Of a stretch of DNA of 64,000 nucleotides, positions 12,010-26,083 are shown piece after piece; the first letter of the stretch is position 1, and every line of letters starts with the position of its first letter. Both the position numbers and the translations under genes were made by a program. The notes below the pieces were generated by a model. It saw only the letters and a list, made by a program, of their open reading frames with translations. It ran no database searches and was not told the origin of the DNA. Source of the DNA: Sphagnum compactum (taxonomy: Eukaryota); contig OZ234493.1 in NCBI GenBank assembly GCA_965153455.1, forward strand, positions 34,090,213 through 34,154,212, read 5' to 3'.

Positions 12010-12470
12010 TTTTTTAGCCAATTTTGTGATCTAGCAAAAAATTGCAATCTTCCCCCCAAAAAAAGCCAAATGTGGCTATATACCAAATATTAAAGCAAAA
12101 GAAATTAAGGATCTATCTATATTCTTGGCTGTCTATTTTGAAATGCATCATTAAAACTTGGGGATTTGAGGGAAAAAGAGATTTCAAGACTTGACAAATG
12201 TGGGCCTTATTTCCATGAATTTAATCCTATGTATAGGTTGACAACATATTTTCCAAGGTGAAAATTTGCAAAAATTTGGCAACAAAAGCATTCATCCATC
12301 TAATGTTTTCTTTTGGGCAGTTTTATGACATAGCCAAAGTGACCATCATCCATAGGAAGAAGATTTATCCAAACTTGGCTGTAAACAAGCTTTAAAAATA
12401 AAATATTTAAATAGCATTTGATTTTTTTGCCTACCTACAAGAACCAAATGTAGAAATATGGTGAGCTTCA
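12010..12470 (+). repeat. Dispersed repeat family copies (TAGCCAAAGTGACCATCATCCATAGGAAG...AAACTTGGCT)
   Basis: Same motifs as 11515-11900, 18775-18810 and 32050-32290, and in reverse complement 2800-3060 and 26640-26715. Confidence 0.6.
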
Positions 12471-15400
12471 TTAATTACTTTTCAATTTCCAGCAATTCAA
12501 AATCTTTTTTAATAAATTATTTTTGCATTTGTAAAAGAAGGGTACATCCATTGTAGTCAATCTAAACAAACGTTTGAAGTATAGTTTGCAATTTGTGTTG
12601 AAGTGACAAGTAGTGATGATATGATTTGCAAATAGTTTTGAAATGATGATGGTGTTTTGCAAATTCTTTTGAAGTCATGTTGATGTGATTTGCACATTGT
12701 ATTAAAATTGATTTCCCCAACAAGTTAATAGGATTGGTGTCAATTCATCAAGGGATGTAATTTCCTAGAGTATTTGGAGGGCACCTTATCCTCAAAACTA
12801 TGGCACCTTATACACACAAGAGGCCTCTTACACCTACCTATTAAAAGGCCTTTTATAGTGGGTGTAAAAGCCTTTCTTCCAATTGTAAGGTGGTTCTCAC
12901 TCCTACACACTCATGATCCACCTATATTGAGGCTTAAAATAACACTTACAATAATATTTGCTTCATGTTTTATGATGGGTAAGGCTCATGAATGAAGGAA
13001 TTATTCCAAATGTGTGACTTCGACCCAAGTTGACACTCTTTTGTTGGAACTAGCACAAGAATTAGATAGTGAAATTAGTCTTTTGTTACATTTGAAACTA
13101 AAATTGAAGCCATAAAAAAACATTCTTGAACACATGTTCAAGATCGGTCAAGTTGATTTTTTTTTAAAACTTGATAAGTAAATTAAACTTTATAATTAAG
13201 TATTGATTTTAATTAATTTTTAAACTCCACACCTATATAAAATTTTTAGTTTAATTTGTTGTAAAACTTTGTATTCATACAATTTCAAGCATTGAGGAAA
13301 ATACATATATAACCATATTCAATTTTTGAATTAGGCCTAAAGATTTTTTAATTTTACAAAAATGTGTTATAACTAGAATCAAATAAATATAGGATGAGTG
13401 AAATATGTGCATATTAGAAAATTAAATAATAATAGGGTGGGGGTGAATTCTTTCACCTAATACCACCCCCAAAAATGCTTGTTTGATGCAAGTAATTTGA
13501 AATTTTAACATTAAAGTCCCCCTAGGATCATAATATATTACAACATTGTTTTGGGTCAAATTTTTTTCCAACCTTCAAATGGAGTATTTTAAAGATATTT
13601 TAGAAATATTCTAGAATAAATAGTCACCCAAACATGCAGTTTGGCTTTTGTTATCTTGTTTGCACCCTATCAACTTTGAAGTCCATTTTTTGGGATTAAG
13701 GGCACATCCATCTTCAATAACAACCATTGGTTTCAAAGGGTTCAAAAAGAAGGAAAATGCTTGTGCCACAATTTAAAGGTGGAGTAGTTTGCAATTCAAC
13801 GTTAGGCACATGATCTCTAGTGCACCCATGTTATTGGATTTAAGTACATCACAAGAAAAAGATTCAATAGATGCAAATGCCTTTCCTAAGATTCAACCAC
13901 CAAAGAAATACTTATATTTACAATTATTGAGCACTTGTAGGTGTGTAAGCACAACTAAAACTAGAAATTTAATATCATAAACCCAAAGCTTGAATTGACC
14001 CAAAGCACAAATTCATAAGAAAGATGCAATAGACAAGATTCTGGACTTAACAAAAAAGAATTAAAAACACAAAGGGCCCAAATTTAGGTCGTAAAATCTA
14101 ATGCACACCAAGGTTCAAATGTGGACTAATGCACAACTATGTTGTTTTTTAAAAGTTAAAGTTGAGATGAAATTTGTTTGAAAGTTTATGTTTGTGAACC
14201 ATCATTAAAATTTGGAACTTGTCTCAAGGATTTAAAGCACAATCTTTCTTAAGTTTGCAATCTAGGAACCAAGAGTAACCAAGGTTAAAGGACTCATCAA
14301 TGATCATAATTGAAGTGCACACACATTGCACAACATTGTACATAGACATAGAGTTATACTATCAAACAATTATAGTGTCCTCCATAGTTGGAACACTTGA
14401 CATAGTTGGATTTTGGAACATTGACACAAGTTTGGATTTAGGAATAGTGGAGGTGGTAGAAGAGAAGGATGACCCATCACCTTGCACAATTCACATACAC
14501 AACATAGTTATTGGTAACGAAAACAAAGACTTAGGAGTTATGAATGTTGAGGTTCATTGCACGTCATAAAAGACATATAATTACATAGGTAGGAAAAAAA
14601 CTATGAACTAGGAGGTTGGAATTATTATAAATACCTCAAACTACAAATCAAAACAACAAAGTTCGAACAAACAAACAAATGAAATTCTCAACATGAGCAA
14701 GAGAACAAAGACAAATCACTATAGCCCAAAATATGGAATTGCATACAATGAGTAGAAGGAATAAATGATTGGTTAGAATACCCAACACCCATGAATGCAC
14801 CACCCCATTTTCCCATTGTGAGCCTGGTGTTAGCCATTTGGATCAAACACCATTCTAAGAACCCAAATCCCACCTAGGGTTTAAGTTTTTTCTTTTAGCC
14901 CTTTCTTTTGTTGCCCTGCTAACCTACTTAATATCCACCCCCTCCTACCCACATTACAACTAAATTGGGAAACCCAAACTCCTTTTGCCATTGCTTCTAA
15001 TTTGAACTCCATTACTTGTTGTAGCTCCAAATGTTGCCTTTCACACTCCATCTTTGACCTAAAAGCAACAATTGTTGTAACTCCAAGTGAGAATTTCATA
15101 AACTTGTTCTGTTTTTTTTTCTTAAAATACAAATATCGACAGAGCTTTCAAACTTTTTTTTTGGTTTTTGTGTTTTTCTAAAAAATATGTTGAGGAGCTC
15201 AAATGGCAATAAAGGTTCATTTCAGTAAAAGCTCCTATGTTGCCATCACCAAGGAGCTCAATAAGAGTTTCAAGCTCCTTATTTTTTTTATACAAAAATT
15301 TAAGAATTTTCCAAGGCTACTTATTTTAAATTCGAATTTTTTTTCAAAAAGGTTTTTTTATTACAAAATTTGTCAAAAAAGCTTCAATCTCTTCATTTTT

Positions 15401-16972
15401 TTAGAGAAATTATTGTCTTGGGGCATAAGCATGCTAAAATAGGTCAAACAAATCCCAATAATGCAAAGAAATAGAATTGTCAACTTTAAAGGTTAAAAAA
15501 TAAGATGCATTCTATGAAAATTAATGTTTAAAATACATGAGCATATGTAGTATGACATGAAAAAGTTTTTAAAAACTTAAAATGTTGTGTTTACCTTTTC
15601 CAAATTACTTTTACTCATTTTTCTTGATTTGATGCTGTTATTCCATTTTGCACAAAGTAAACATAAAATATAATGATGACCTTTCATTTTTGAAATTCAT
15701 GTTTTTGAAAATAAACATGTTCCTTCAAAGAAGAATGCTTAAGGCATGTTTTACCATTTACAAGCACAAAATGCATTTGTAATTCATATTAAAAAATAGG
15801 TTTTTAGCACTTTAGACCTACTAAAGAAAAAACTTATTTTTAAAGGTCTTAACATTGTCATAGTTGAAATATTCAAATTTCAAAAAATGTGTATCAATAT
15901 GCATGATGGCACAAACATTAATAACACATTATTTGAATAGTTTGATTTGGAAAAAATATCAAATATAAACTTGCAATAAATAAATAAAATAGTTCGAATA
16001 ATAATGTGGATTGGGGATGACCATATATGGTCTATTTAATATGGTTAATACAAAGTTTGTAAGTAATCTTTATGGAGAAGGATCATTCTTTAACCTGACT
16101 AGTATGCTAATCCAGATGCCCTAGCTTCCACTCATGATGGGGCCTGAGGTGGCAAGACATGCCTCAATGAATGTCCACATCTGGGGCAATGCATATGTAT
16201 GGTAGGAACATAAATAAGCCAAGGCAATTGAGTGGGCAATGAAAAAAGATTCAAGAGAGTTTGATAGGTTGTAACCTAAAGTGCAACAAGTGCCAAAAAT
16301 ATTCAAATCGGTGTTAATGAAACTCATGGACTCTATGTTGCATAGGATTCTTAGGATTTTTACATGGGGTATGGAGTTGTGGGTGAACAACTTGTTTTTG
16401 CATGGAAAAATATGCTGACCTTGATGTGTTCAATAGAACCAACAAGGTGGCATACACCAAAGAGGTATGTGCAACATGGGACTCCAAACACAAGAATCAC
16501 AATTCCTCCAAGGTGCACCGATTGAAGGAACATGCAACTGCATTTGACCATGAATAAAAAATGATTCATGGCCAATAAGAGTGGAAATATTTTGTTATTA
16601 AGCTTTTATTCAAGTTTGATCATTATTATTTTTTGCAAAATTTATCTTTGATTTGCATTGGATAGAATTTACAAAATCGCAAAGGATGATTTTTTGTTAG
16701 AATCTATCCATCTCACCTTGAATATTGTGCCATGTACACAACCCAACATGCATAGTTAGTAGCTCAAGTTGCAACCACTTATTGTTAAACACATTTTATT
16801 AATAATGAAAAGGTAATGAGGGTTCCCCATCCAAAGCATAACATGTACATAATTTAGTTTTGAGATTTTATGGACACACATTTTTGTAATTTTATGTCAA
16901 TGAAATTTAATTTTTATTTTTTTTGCATGATAATTTTGTTATGATAGATTAAAATTATTGCAAATGCACCCT

Positions 16973-17280
16973 CATCACAAATTCAACATCTAACAAATTA
17001 ATAATGAAAATCGTGTGAAGTTCATTCATTCATAAGTTCATACATTTTAAACACAAATATCATATGTTGAAAACACGTTTGACACCCAAATAAATGTGTT
17101 GATGGATGAAGTACGAACCCATAAATGAACGAATGTCACATGAATTTTGCATTTTATTATAAATTTGTGTGTCAAATGTGTTTTCAATGAATGATATCAA
17201 TGCATGAAACATATGAATAATGAATGAATGAATTTTGCATGATTTTCATTACTAAATTGTGAGATGCTAAGTTTGTGATG
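16973..17280. mobile_element. Foldback/MITE with about 120-bp inverted arms
   Basis: The 5' arm CATCACAAATTCAACATCTAACAAATTAATAATGAAAATCGTGTGAAGTTCATTCATTCAT matches the reverse complement of the 3' arm, CATCACAAACTTAGCATCTCACAATTTAGTAATGAAAATCATGCAAAATTCATTCATTCAT. Pairing continues to TTGAAAACAC..TTTGACAC / GTGTCAAATGTGTTTTCAA. Confidence 0.8.
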
Positions 17281-19099
17281 TTAATCTCTAAGTCCAATCA
17301 ACATGAAGGTAATACATTAGCCCCTAGGTCTTTTCATTAAAGTTTGTGCTAAATAATGTGGGTATTACAACCATAATTAAGTACAAAATGTATTTTCATT
17401 TTTTAGAAATTAGAATACCTACATATGGGATGAATTGAATGATCCATGTGAATATTGATCAATTATTGAAAAAATGAATGTTTAATAATATGTTTCAAAT
17501 TTCATAATTGAATATGTTGAACATTCAACATTTAAATATTGAAAAATTATTCTATAATTAATATCAATCAAACTAATAACATTGAATAATGAAATGAATA
17601 TTGAAATACTATTTAAAAACTATTGAATATTTAAGTCATGCATTTAGTTAATTCCAAACTTTTGTAAAATCCAAAATTAACAATTGATCATTTCACTATT
17701 TCAAAAAGTGGTTACAATTCATTAGTCCCTACTCACTAAACCAATGAATTCACAACATTGGGCCACTAAGTCTCATTCACTGGGACAAGTGAATTCACTC
17801 AAAATCCAATGAAAGCACTTGGCATATAGGAACACCTTTTGTTGTAATGTTTGGAAGTTGGAAAATTGAAGATAAACTTTAATTTGGGGGCCACCAAATG
17901 ATGCAACAAATGCATGTTAACAATGTTTTACTCAAATTCAACAGAATATTTAAAACTAATCACCAAGTTAGAAAAAAACTACATATACTGATTTTATCCA
18001 TAATTATTTAAATATTTAGTTTAATATATTTTTATTATCACAATGCATGAAGCAAAATAAATGGTTTATGTTTACTACATATGCATGTTTACATTTCCTT
18101 TCTCTTTGAAGTCTCATATATTGTAGTAAAAGGGCAACTTCAACATATAATTGTGGAATAATTAATTAACTTTGGTTGGAGATAAAATATTATGAAAATA
18201 TTTTCAAAGATTTGTTATTTTTTTTCACAAATTTCTATTTTTGAAAAACAAATTTGGGGAATTTCAACATATTTGAAAATAATATAATTAATGCCAAAAC
18301 TACCAAGGTATTACAGTGTCACAACCTTAATTGAAATTTGTGTTATAACAATAAATGGAGATTTTTTTCATTAATATTTATATTCAACCATATTCAATAT
18401 ATTTTATTTAATATATTCACATAAATTGTGGGGATTTTTTAATAAAACCCTTTTAGTGGAAGAAAAATTGTTGTTCACAACCAATTTTTGCAACTAAAAA
18501 ATGTCATTTGCAATTGATAATTGTTTTCGTAATTTTGGTAAAGGAGAATATATGGATATATAAAATAATATAATGTCAATTTTATAATTTTATAATAATA
18601 CTTTCTTTAAATAATCAAATAAATTATGATCTTGTTTGTATTAATTTTTATTGATATTACTTATACATTTAATTTAAACATTGTAAATAAATAAATATAT
18701 AAGGTAAAATATTTAATTAATTATTATTACAAATGTTATTTAAAACTAGGGTTGTTTTTCCATTTTTTTTAAGTAGGTGGGTTAGTGATCATCCATAAGA
18801 AGAAAGAACCAAATATATACATAAGTTTGAAATTGAATGAAAAAATCAAAATTTCAACTTCCTTTCCTAATCTAACTATAAAGGATTCCATTGTTGCTTA
18901 AAATTTATTTGTTTCATTTGTTTGGCTTCTAACATTTAAAAAAAAGATTTGTGGTGATTTGGATTTTTTCTTTTGAAAAAGTATTAAAAAAAAATGGTTC
19001 ATAATATGTTCTTTTGAATTTTGATCAAATATTTAAAAAAATTCATTTTATATTTTCATTTATTGGTCATGAACAAGGTGTGGCAATTGCAATTTGCCA

Positions 19100-19660
19100 A
19101 AGAATATGATAGAAAGTCCTTATATCCTATGCTTTGAAAATGTCATCATCATTTGCACCTTTTAACTAAATTTGAAAATAGCATTTTTGACCAATAAGTT
19201 GATGAAGATTTTTGTTTATATATATTTTTAGAATGACAATTAACATAAGTGAGCAAACAAGGGAGTTGATCAATAAAGAGTTCTTCATTTTCAAATGGTA
19301 TTAAGTGAATGTGAAAAAATATCAAATGTCCTTTTGAATGGTGGATGAAATAGGAGACCATGTTGCTCATTGTTGGATTTCTTGCTCATCAAATTTTAAA
19401 AATTAATGAGTCACAAATTGAAAACAAATGAACCCTTTTTAAAATTGAAATATTTATTATTTTAAAGAGATGTTATTTACAATTTGACAATTTTTAGAAG
19501 TTGATTTTTCTAAAAAAATCGACCAAAGGACCTTGGGGGTTGCTTGTAAATATTTTTCTACTTTAATAGAGCCAATTGAGACTAATCTATATTTAGAAAA
19601 ATTGGAAGAATTTGAAGGAGCTTTGAAAAGTGACGAAGTTATGGAGATATAAATTTTGGA
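19100..19660 (+). pseudogene. hAT transposase C-terminal (dimerisation domain) relic
   Basis: Manual translation: EYDRKSLYPML.KCHHHLH ... KCPFEWWMK*ETMLLIVGFLAHQILKINESQIE, which fits the hATC 'WW....FP....LA..IL.I..S....ER.FS' pattern; contains stops and frameshifts. Confidence 0.7.
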
Positions 19661-20867
19661 TAGAAAAATGATGCAAATTTTTTCATCTAATTTTAATGTA
19701 TTTTTACTTTTCAAATATTTCATAACTTGAGGTGAAATTTTTAAAAAATTATTGATGAAAATTTGATATCTAGATTGCAAGAATTAAAATATCAGAATGG
19801 ATTGTTCTTACATTTGAGAGATTTGACATCTTTGGGAACTAGTTCATTAAAATAAAAATAAAAGATCCTATTAACTTAGCCACTTTTCCTTAGCCTAAAA
19901 AAATGTTTATAAAATTATTTAGTTGATCATCACAAACCTATGCAAAAACTTACAATTCTAAAAAAACAAACTGAGATTCACTACCCAACATTAATTATTA
20001 TTAAGGTTGGGCAAGTATTTTATTTTTAAAAGTTTAACTCAATTCTATTTACATTTGGTAACAATACAATAATAGTTGGGTCCTAACTACTTGTAAGTTG
20101 AACTTTTAAGATTAGATGTTAATTTGGCATAATTATTTTGAATATTGGTGTAACACTTATTAAAAATATTAGTTGTGATTTTTTATGTCTGATATAAGCC
20201 AATATCAATATTGGTATTTTTATTTCTTGATGACATTTTACTTTTACCTTCATTCAAATGATACATTGCATTAGAATGTTTTTCTGTAGGTTTTGAAAGA
20301 AGAAAAAAGATTAAAAAAAGATTAATAAGATTTATGAAAAATCAACAAACTTCATGAGCTTCAATCTTCAAATTGTACTCAACATAATTCAATATTGAAA
20401 TTCATCAATACAAATAGCACTGGTGTTGGGGGTGATTGAAAGTTATGTAACTAATTATAAATGTGATGTGACGATATTTAGTGCTCAAATATCCTATGAA
20501 TATTATATAACAATTTATACTTGTTTGGTTAGTTTGATGATACATAGACCAACAGCAAGTAATTGACATACCCACCCAACATTAGTTATAACTTATGGAG
20601 AATTTGATAAACATGTGAATTATTTTTAGAACTTGTTTAATGTTAAAAGAAGGCATGTTAAATTCATGGTTAAATGCATTCTCTAGATGTGGGGCACTTT
20701 ATGCTTCTTCTAGATGCCCCATAGTTGATGTAAGGTATGTTGACACCTAGAGGGATCGTCACCTAATGATTTAGCCATCCATCATGGTCTTGTTGTCTTC
20801 AAATGTTTTAGGTAAATTGTTTTATGTTTTGCATTAGGTTAACATGACGGATAAAAACATTACCCAA

Positions 20868-21333
20868 ATGTGCAGCTATCATCACAAATTTACCAAGCGC
20901 CATAAGTTTATACAAATTTCATGCGAAATTCAATTTTCATAAGTTTGTATAAAAATCACACAAATTTCGTGTTATTGTTAATACAAATGAGATTTATACA
21001 TATTCAATATTTTAAATATTCAAACAGATAAGACATTGTTTTTGAATGACATATATGAATGTTCATGTTTAATACACAAAAATCACATAGTTTTATTCAA
21101 AAACACATCACGATAATTGCATGAATTTACTTAAACTGTAAATTGTATATACTTTACATCAAGACATCATAAGTAAAAAAGACATATCATTTATATAAAA
21201 ATAATGTGTATATTTTTTGTACCATTATTACACATTGAAATTGATGAATTTTACAATAAAATATTTTTTATGATTTTCACACAAATTTTATTGAAATTTT
21301 GTGATATTGTAAGTTTGTAATGATACCTCACCT
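20868..21333. mobile_element. Putative MITE
   Basis: Imperfect TIRs ATGTGCAGCTATCATCACAAATTTAC and, in reverse complement, AGGTGAGGTATCATTACAAACTTAC; AT-rich interior. Confidence 0.45.
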
Positions 21334-23375
21334 AGGCCCCATAGTTTGAGAAAAAAATGACTTCACTTAGCATAATGATATATATATGATTGCATATTGT
21401 AATTCATGTTAATTAGTTGTCGGGACTTGGAAAGCTCCACTTTTTTCTTTTGTGATGGGTGTCTTTGATTGGCCCACCATAAAAAGAAAAAGTGAAGGTT
21501 TAAATAATCCAATAACAAATATGTTATAATCTCCTCCTTTGGGTTCCTTCATAAATAAGTTACAAGAGTAAAAGTTAGGGCAAAGGATATGGGATAAAGT
21601 GAACAGCTATTGCAATTGCTCTATGTTTTGGAGCTTGCAAGGGACACCTTTGCCTAGACATCCTTGAAGTTGCCTTGAGTAGTTGAGTCAAAGTCCTTTT
21701 CATAACTCACACTCACACAACCCCTCCCCTCCCCCCCCACCCCCAAAACCTCCCCTAAAGGAAAAACTCACATGCCACATCCATCTCTTTCCCCCACCAA
21801 AACTGGTCCCCTTGGATGCTTGCTGGCTCACTCATTGAGTGCCAAAAAATACCATCCCTCCCTCAAAGAAACAAGTGGGAGCACATTTGAGACAGTAAAG
21901 GAAATAAATCCAAACAGGATAGGACAACATGATATTGAATTGGAGGTGTGATTAGTAACTACAAGATAGAGTGCCATCCAGAGCAGACAGTTTGTTGGGC
22001 TGTTCCCTTGGTAGTTGTTTTTGGAGCTTTTACAGGAATGATCTTCCAATGCTGCTGGCTTCTTTTTAAACATATGTATGTACTATGGTCCCATGAATTC
22101 TGAAATCTCAAATCAAAGCAAAATAATAAGAAAAAAAAAGTGGTCCATACAGTCCCCACAAAAACAAGCTGTGTTATACACTATGGCCCTGCCATTAGTT
22201 TAAAATGTCAACAATTGATATTTATGATAAATTGGTCTTAGCTAAGGGATAAATAAATAAATTTAAAAAAAAGAAGTACATTGTGTTGTAAAAGACAAAA
22301 TTCATGATTTATTTTTTTTCATTTTTTTACATCACATTAGTTATGAGGAACCCAAAAGGGATCTCACATTAAATGATGACATGTTCTAGGAGTTTATTTA
22401 AACATTTTAATTTTTTTTTTTATCAATCCAAAACCAATAGAGAAGTGTCACAACATGATTTTTAATATTTTTGCAAATCTAATCTTTTTTTCAAAAAAAA
22501 TAGTGACCAAATATTCTCTTTTGATATTTATTTTTCACATTTGTACAAACTTTCAGACCAAACAAAAAGATTGGTCATGGCATGTGTATTTGAATGTTTT
22601 CAATCACATTGTCACATTTTGAAAGAATTACATAAATTTTTGCACATGATGGGTGCCATAACCATTTTTAGAGAAAATAGTTTTTATATTTAGTTTTGTG
22701 GTTATGGATTGGTGACAAAGTCAGCTGGGCTGGGTGCATATTTGAGGAGGTGACAAAGAAAATAAAATGTCAAAAGATGAATGTGAATTTTTTACAACCA
22801 AATTAAGATGAATCATCTCACCTAATTGATAGGGGGCAAAATCCCTTGAAGCTACTATACTCTAATGTTTCTAACACAATATCCCTGCCTTACAAGGCAG
22901 GGCCAATGAAGAGCAGAGAGGGGCGGGTGTTTCCCCACCACACTTCTACAGCTTCCATCTTACTTCCTTGGGGCAACTGCAGGTGTCTTCTAAGTGTAAG
23001 GTAAAGACCTAGGGTGGGGGCATTCCCAAAATAAGGGCCTAGGACAAGGTGATAATAAGTCCAGCCTCACATTTTGGGAATCCCCATGGGCTTTACCTAT
23101 TGTAAAGCACAAGGCAAAATTTATCATGAACCAAATCTCCATAGATCACAAGGCCTATGAATGGGAGGGTTCTTAAGCCTACTCCTCAATAGTGGGAGGG
23201 TTTTTACACCTACAACTAGGCATAATTTCCCTCCCGTCCTTGAGGAGAAGATATAATATCCCTCCCAATTTCTAGGAGGGAAATTCATGGATATAAGGTG
23301 CCCTCCACATACACTACAAATTTTCTCCAAATGCTTTCCAAACATTTTATGTACAATGAATTTCCCCAAGTATAG

Positions 23376-23655
23376 ATGAAACAGCCCAAATTGTTTATTA
23401 CGATCTCACTTTTTCATTCATCCCAATTGTCAGCCAAATGTTAGTGAATTGTACAAATGAAACGGTCTAAATTCTTTATTAGGATCTCACTTTTTCAAAT
23501 GAGCCAATTATGACCCAAATGTTAGTGAATTGGACAATGAGCAGTTCACTTCACATTCGGTATTGGAATCTCACTTTCCCAATGGCCCAATTTTCACCCA
23601 AATGTTACGGAATTGCACAATGAAAGTTCACTTCACATTCCTACCTAGGATTTCT
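23376..23655 (+). repeat. Degenerate tandem repeat of about 81 bp (about 3.3 copies)
   Basis: Recurring GATCTCACTTTT...CCAATT...CCAAATGTTAGTGAATTG.ACAA(A)TGA at about 23400, 23483 and 23566. Confidence 0.8.
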
Positions 23656-26061
23656 TTTTTTTCGATAAAACAATTTTTATTTTGTCATGGATGGCAAAGT
23701 GAATCTGTTTACTTGATCCACTGGCAAGATGAAAATTTCTTGTGTATCTAAAGGGCATGTTACCAAGAGGAATTTTTCCGCTACCAAGGGCAAGTCACTT
23801 TGAAAAGCTGAATGCCTGCTCCTGCAGGCATTTCATTTGTTCTCGTGATACCCAGTGGGTATGCGGGACTTTCCAGAAATAAGCATCTCTCGGGTTGTGG
23901 GCACTTCTCTTGGGGACAGCCCGCTCCCCAAGCATTACCCTATTCTTTTGTTGCAATCCCAAGATCTTTCCTGTTCATTGCTTAAGAATTTGTGGCAATC
24001 CAGTGCCCTTATTCTGCTGAAAATTGCTTGGTAGAGAAGACGGGAGGGAGATGGATTCTAAAGGCTGCATGCATGGTAGTTGTTATAGGTGCTCAGCATC
24101 AATGGCACAAAGATGGCCATGTCAAGGTTGAGACTTAAACTCTACTGATGACACACACAGTGTCTTGAAATGCTGTGAGCTTCAATCCCACCACAAATTT
24201 TCTTGTAATCAAAAAATCCCTCTAGAAATTTGCTTTCTTGATCATTGAGCTAAAAAATTTACATACACACGTGTTTGGAACTCCAAACAGCAGCTCCAAA
24301 ATTGCAGACACGTTGAAATGCCAGCCCAATATTCTCCTGCGATGTAAATTTGTAAACTGTGCAGCGAAAGACTTTTAAATAGTTTAGTATCAAATCAATA
24401 GGTCTGGAGCCTTTCAAATGCTTTTGGACTAATCCCCTTTTAGCTGTTGCCCTGTCTTGCATGTAGTTGAATCTTGCAGTGATGAAAGCTTTGGACAATT
24501 GGGCTCGGCGAGAACGCTCGAGTAAGAAGGAAGATGGGCTCAGTTCTCTCTTAAAGGTCCATAAGGGATATGAAGCACAAATTTGTTTTTGGGTCCTAGA
24601 TTTCCTGTTCATTGAACTTCTTTCTCCAGTCTCACTTCTTCTAAGTCTTTCTCGTCTTCTAGCTTCCTGCAAAAATCTTCATTCTTTCTTCTCTTTCTTC
24701 AGTGTTTTGTTGGAGTGGCGAGTTCCGTAAAGCCGGAAGGACTGGACATCATGGGCCTGGTGTTTGGTTCCTGAACATGAACTCCTACCGACTCTCCTCA
24801 ACTCAAAGGAGTTGCTGCGAGTACACTCTTGTGACACTCCTTACCCCAAATGCAAACCCCAAAGAAAAAAAGAAAAAAAACGAATCACGCAAAGGTTTCT
24901 CGGGGTCAAATGATATCTCGAGAACGTCGTCGTCGCCAGCTTCAATGAGGCTGAATCCATTCTGCAAGGTCGAATGATTTCCGTGACCCATAAATTCTGG
25001 TAGCTCATTCAGTCGGAGCGTTCTTCAGTTCAAGCCCAGACTTCATAAATCGCACTGCACGTTAGAGTTCGAATTAAATCTCTCTGAAAAGTTCTAAATC
25101 GTTTCCAGAAGATGATCTCTAGAGATTCACTAGATTCATTCGTCTTCTTATGAGAAATTTTGTGACCGAGTGTCGGACTATTTAAGAAAACCTTAATCCT
25201 CCAGAAATTTCCTCAGGCAGAACTCTCTGACAGATTTGACCTGGACAGAGTCTAAGAACAGCTCTTCACACGAGAGTTTCAAGTGTACTTACTAGCTGCT
25301 ATACACGAATTGTATTGTATTGTATTACATTGTTTGTTTGTATTTCAGGACTTCTTCAATAGTCCAAGACCTGAGAAACTGAATACTCAATTTGGACATA
25401 ATGAGCTTTGATTCTAGAGCGTTTAGAATTTTCCTAATATGCCTACACTAAGGCCCATTTGAATTACTACATCCAGCTCTTCAAGAATCCTTTGATGCTG
25501 AATCTTGCACACTGCCATTTGCCCCTCTTATTATTACATTGACAAATTCCATTTTCTTTGTTCAGGAACAATTGATGTCATTCTTGACATGCTTTTCTTT
25601 TCTTTTCCTTGGTTTTGCTTGGAGCTTTTTTTCTTTTCTTTTTTTGGGGTTTGATTCAGAGAAATGTTGCAGCAGCTCAGAGTTTGTGTTGGTTTACTTT
25701 AAATCAATGTACACTTAGGAGTTGATGGCCATCAAATCAAGGTATGTCCATTGTACCCCATGATTATCTCAATTGTCTCTTACACTCAGGCTTTCATTTA
25801 GATCAGGAACCTGTTCCAAAATTCATGTCATATTTATAACCCTGGTCCAGGCTTATGACTACTTTCATATAGTACCTATTAATTTTCCAATATGGAGTCA
25901 AGAGTCAAAGACCTAACTACGTCTATTGTTGTGCCTCTCTTTTGATGACATTGGGTTCCCAAGTTGGTGGTACCAAGTTGGGCTTGACTGGCTATTTTTT
26001 GAGGGAAGGGACAAGAATGGCCCCATCAAATGTTGTGCACCTTTTCCCCCAAAGATAGCTT

Positions 26062-26083
26062 GCTAGCTAGCTAGCTAGCTAGC
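26062..26083. repeat. (GCTA)5 self-complementary microsatellite
   Basis: GCTAGCTAGCTAGCTAGCTAGC. Confidence 0.9.

Noticed and set aside
23860..23995. Resemblance to TPP riboswitch (AGGGTAATGC, GAAAGTCCC on the - strand), RNase MRP CR-I, or the U1 Sm site (AATTTGTGG)
   Set aside because: The motifs are in the wrong order, or lack their obligatory companions (CUGAGA/GAACCUGA, CR-V, AUACUUACCUG).
24259..24991. Overlapping ORFs of 62-137 aa
   Set aside because: Low-complexity products read from CT/GA-rich tracts, with no recognisable domain.
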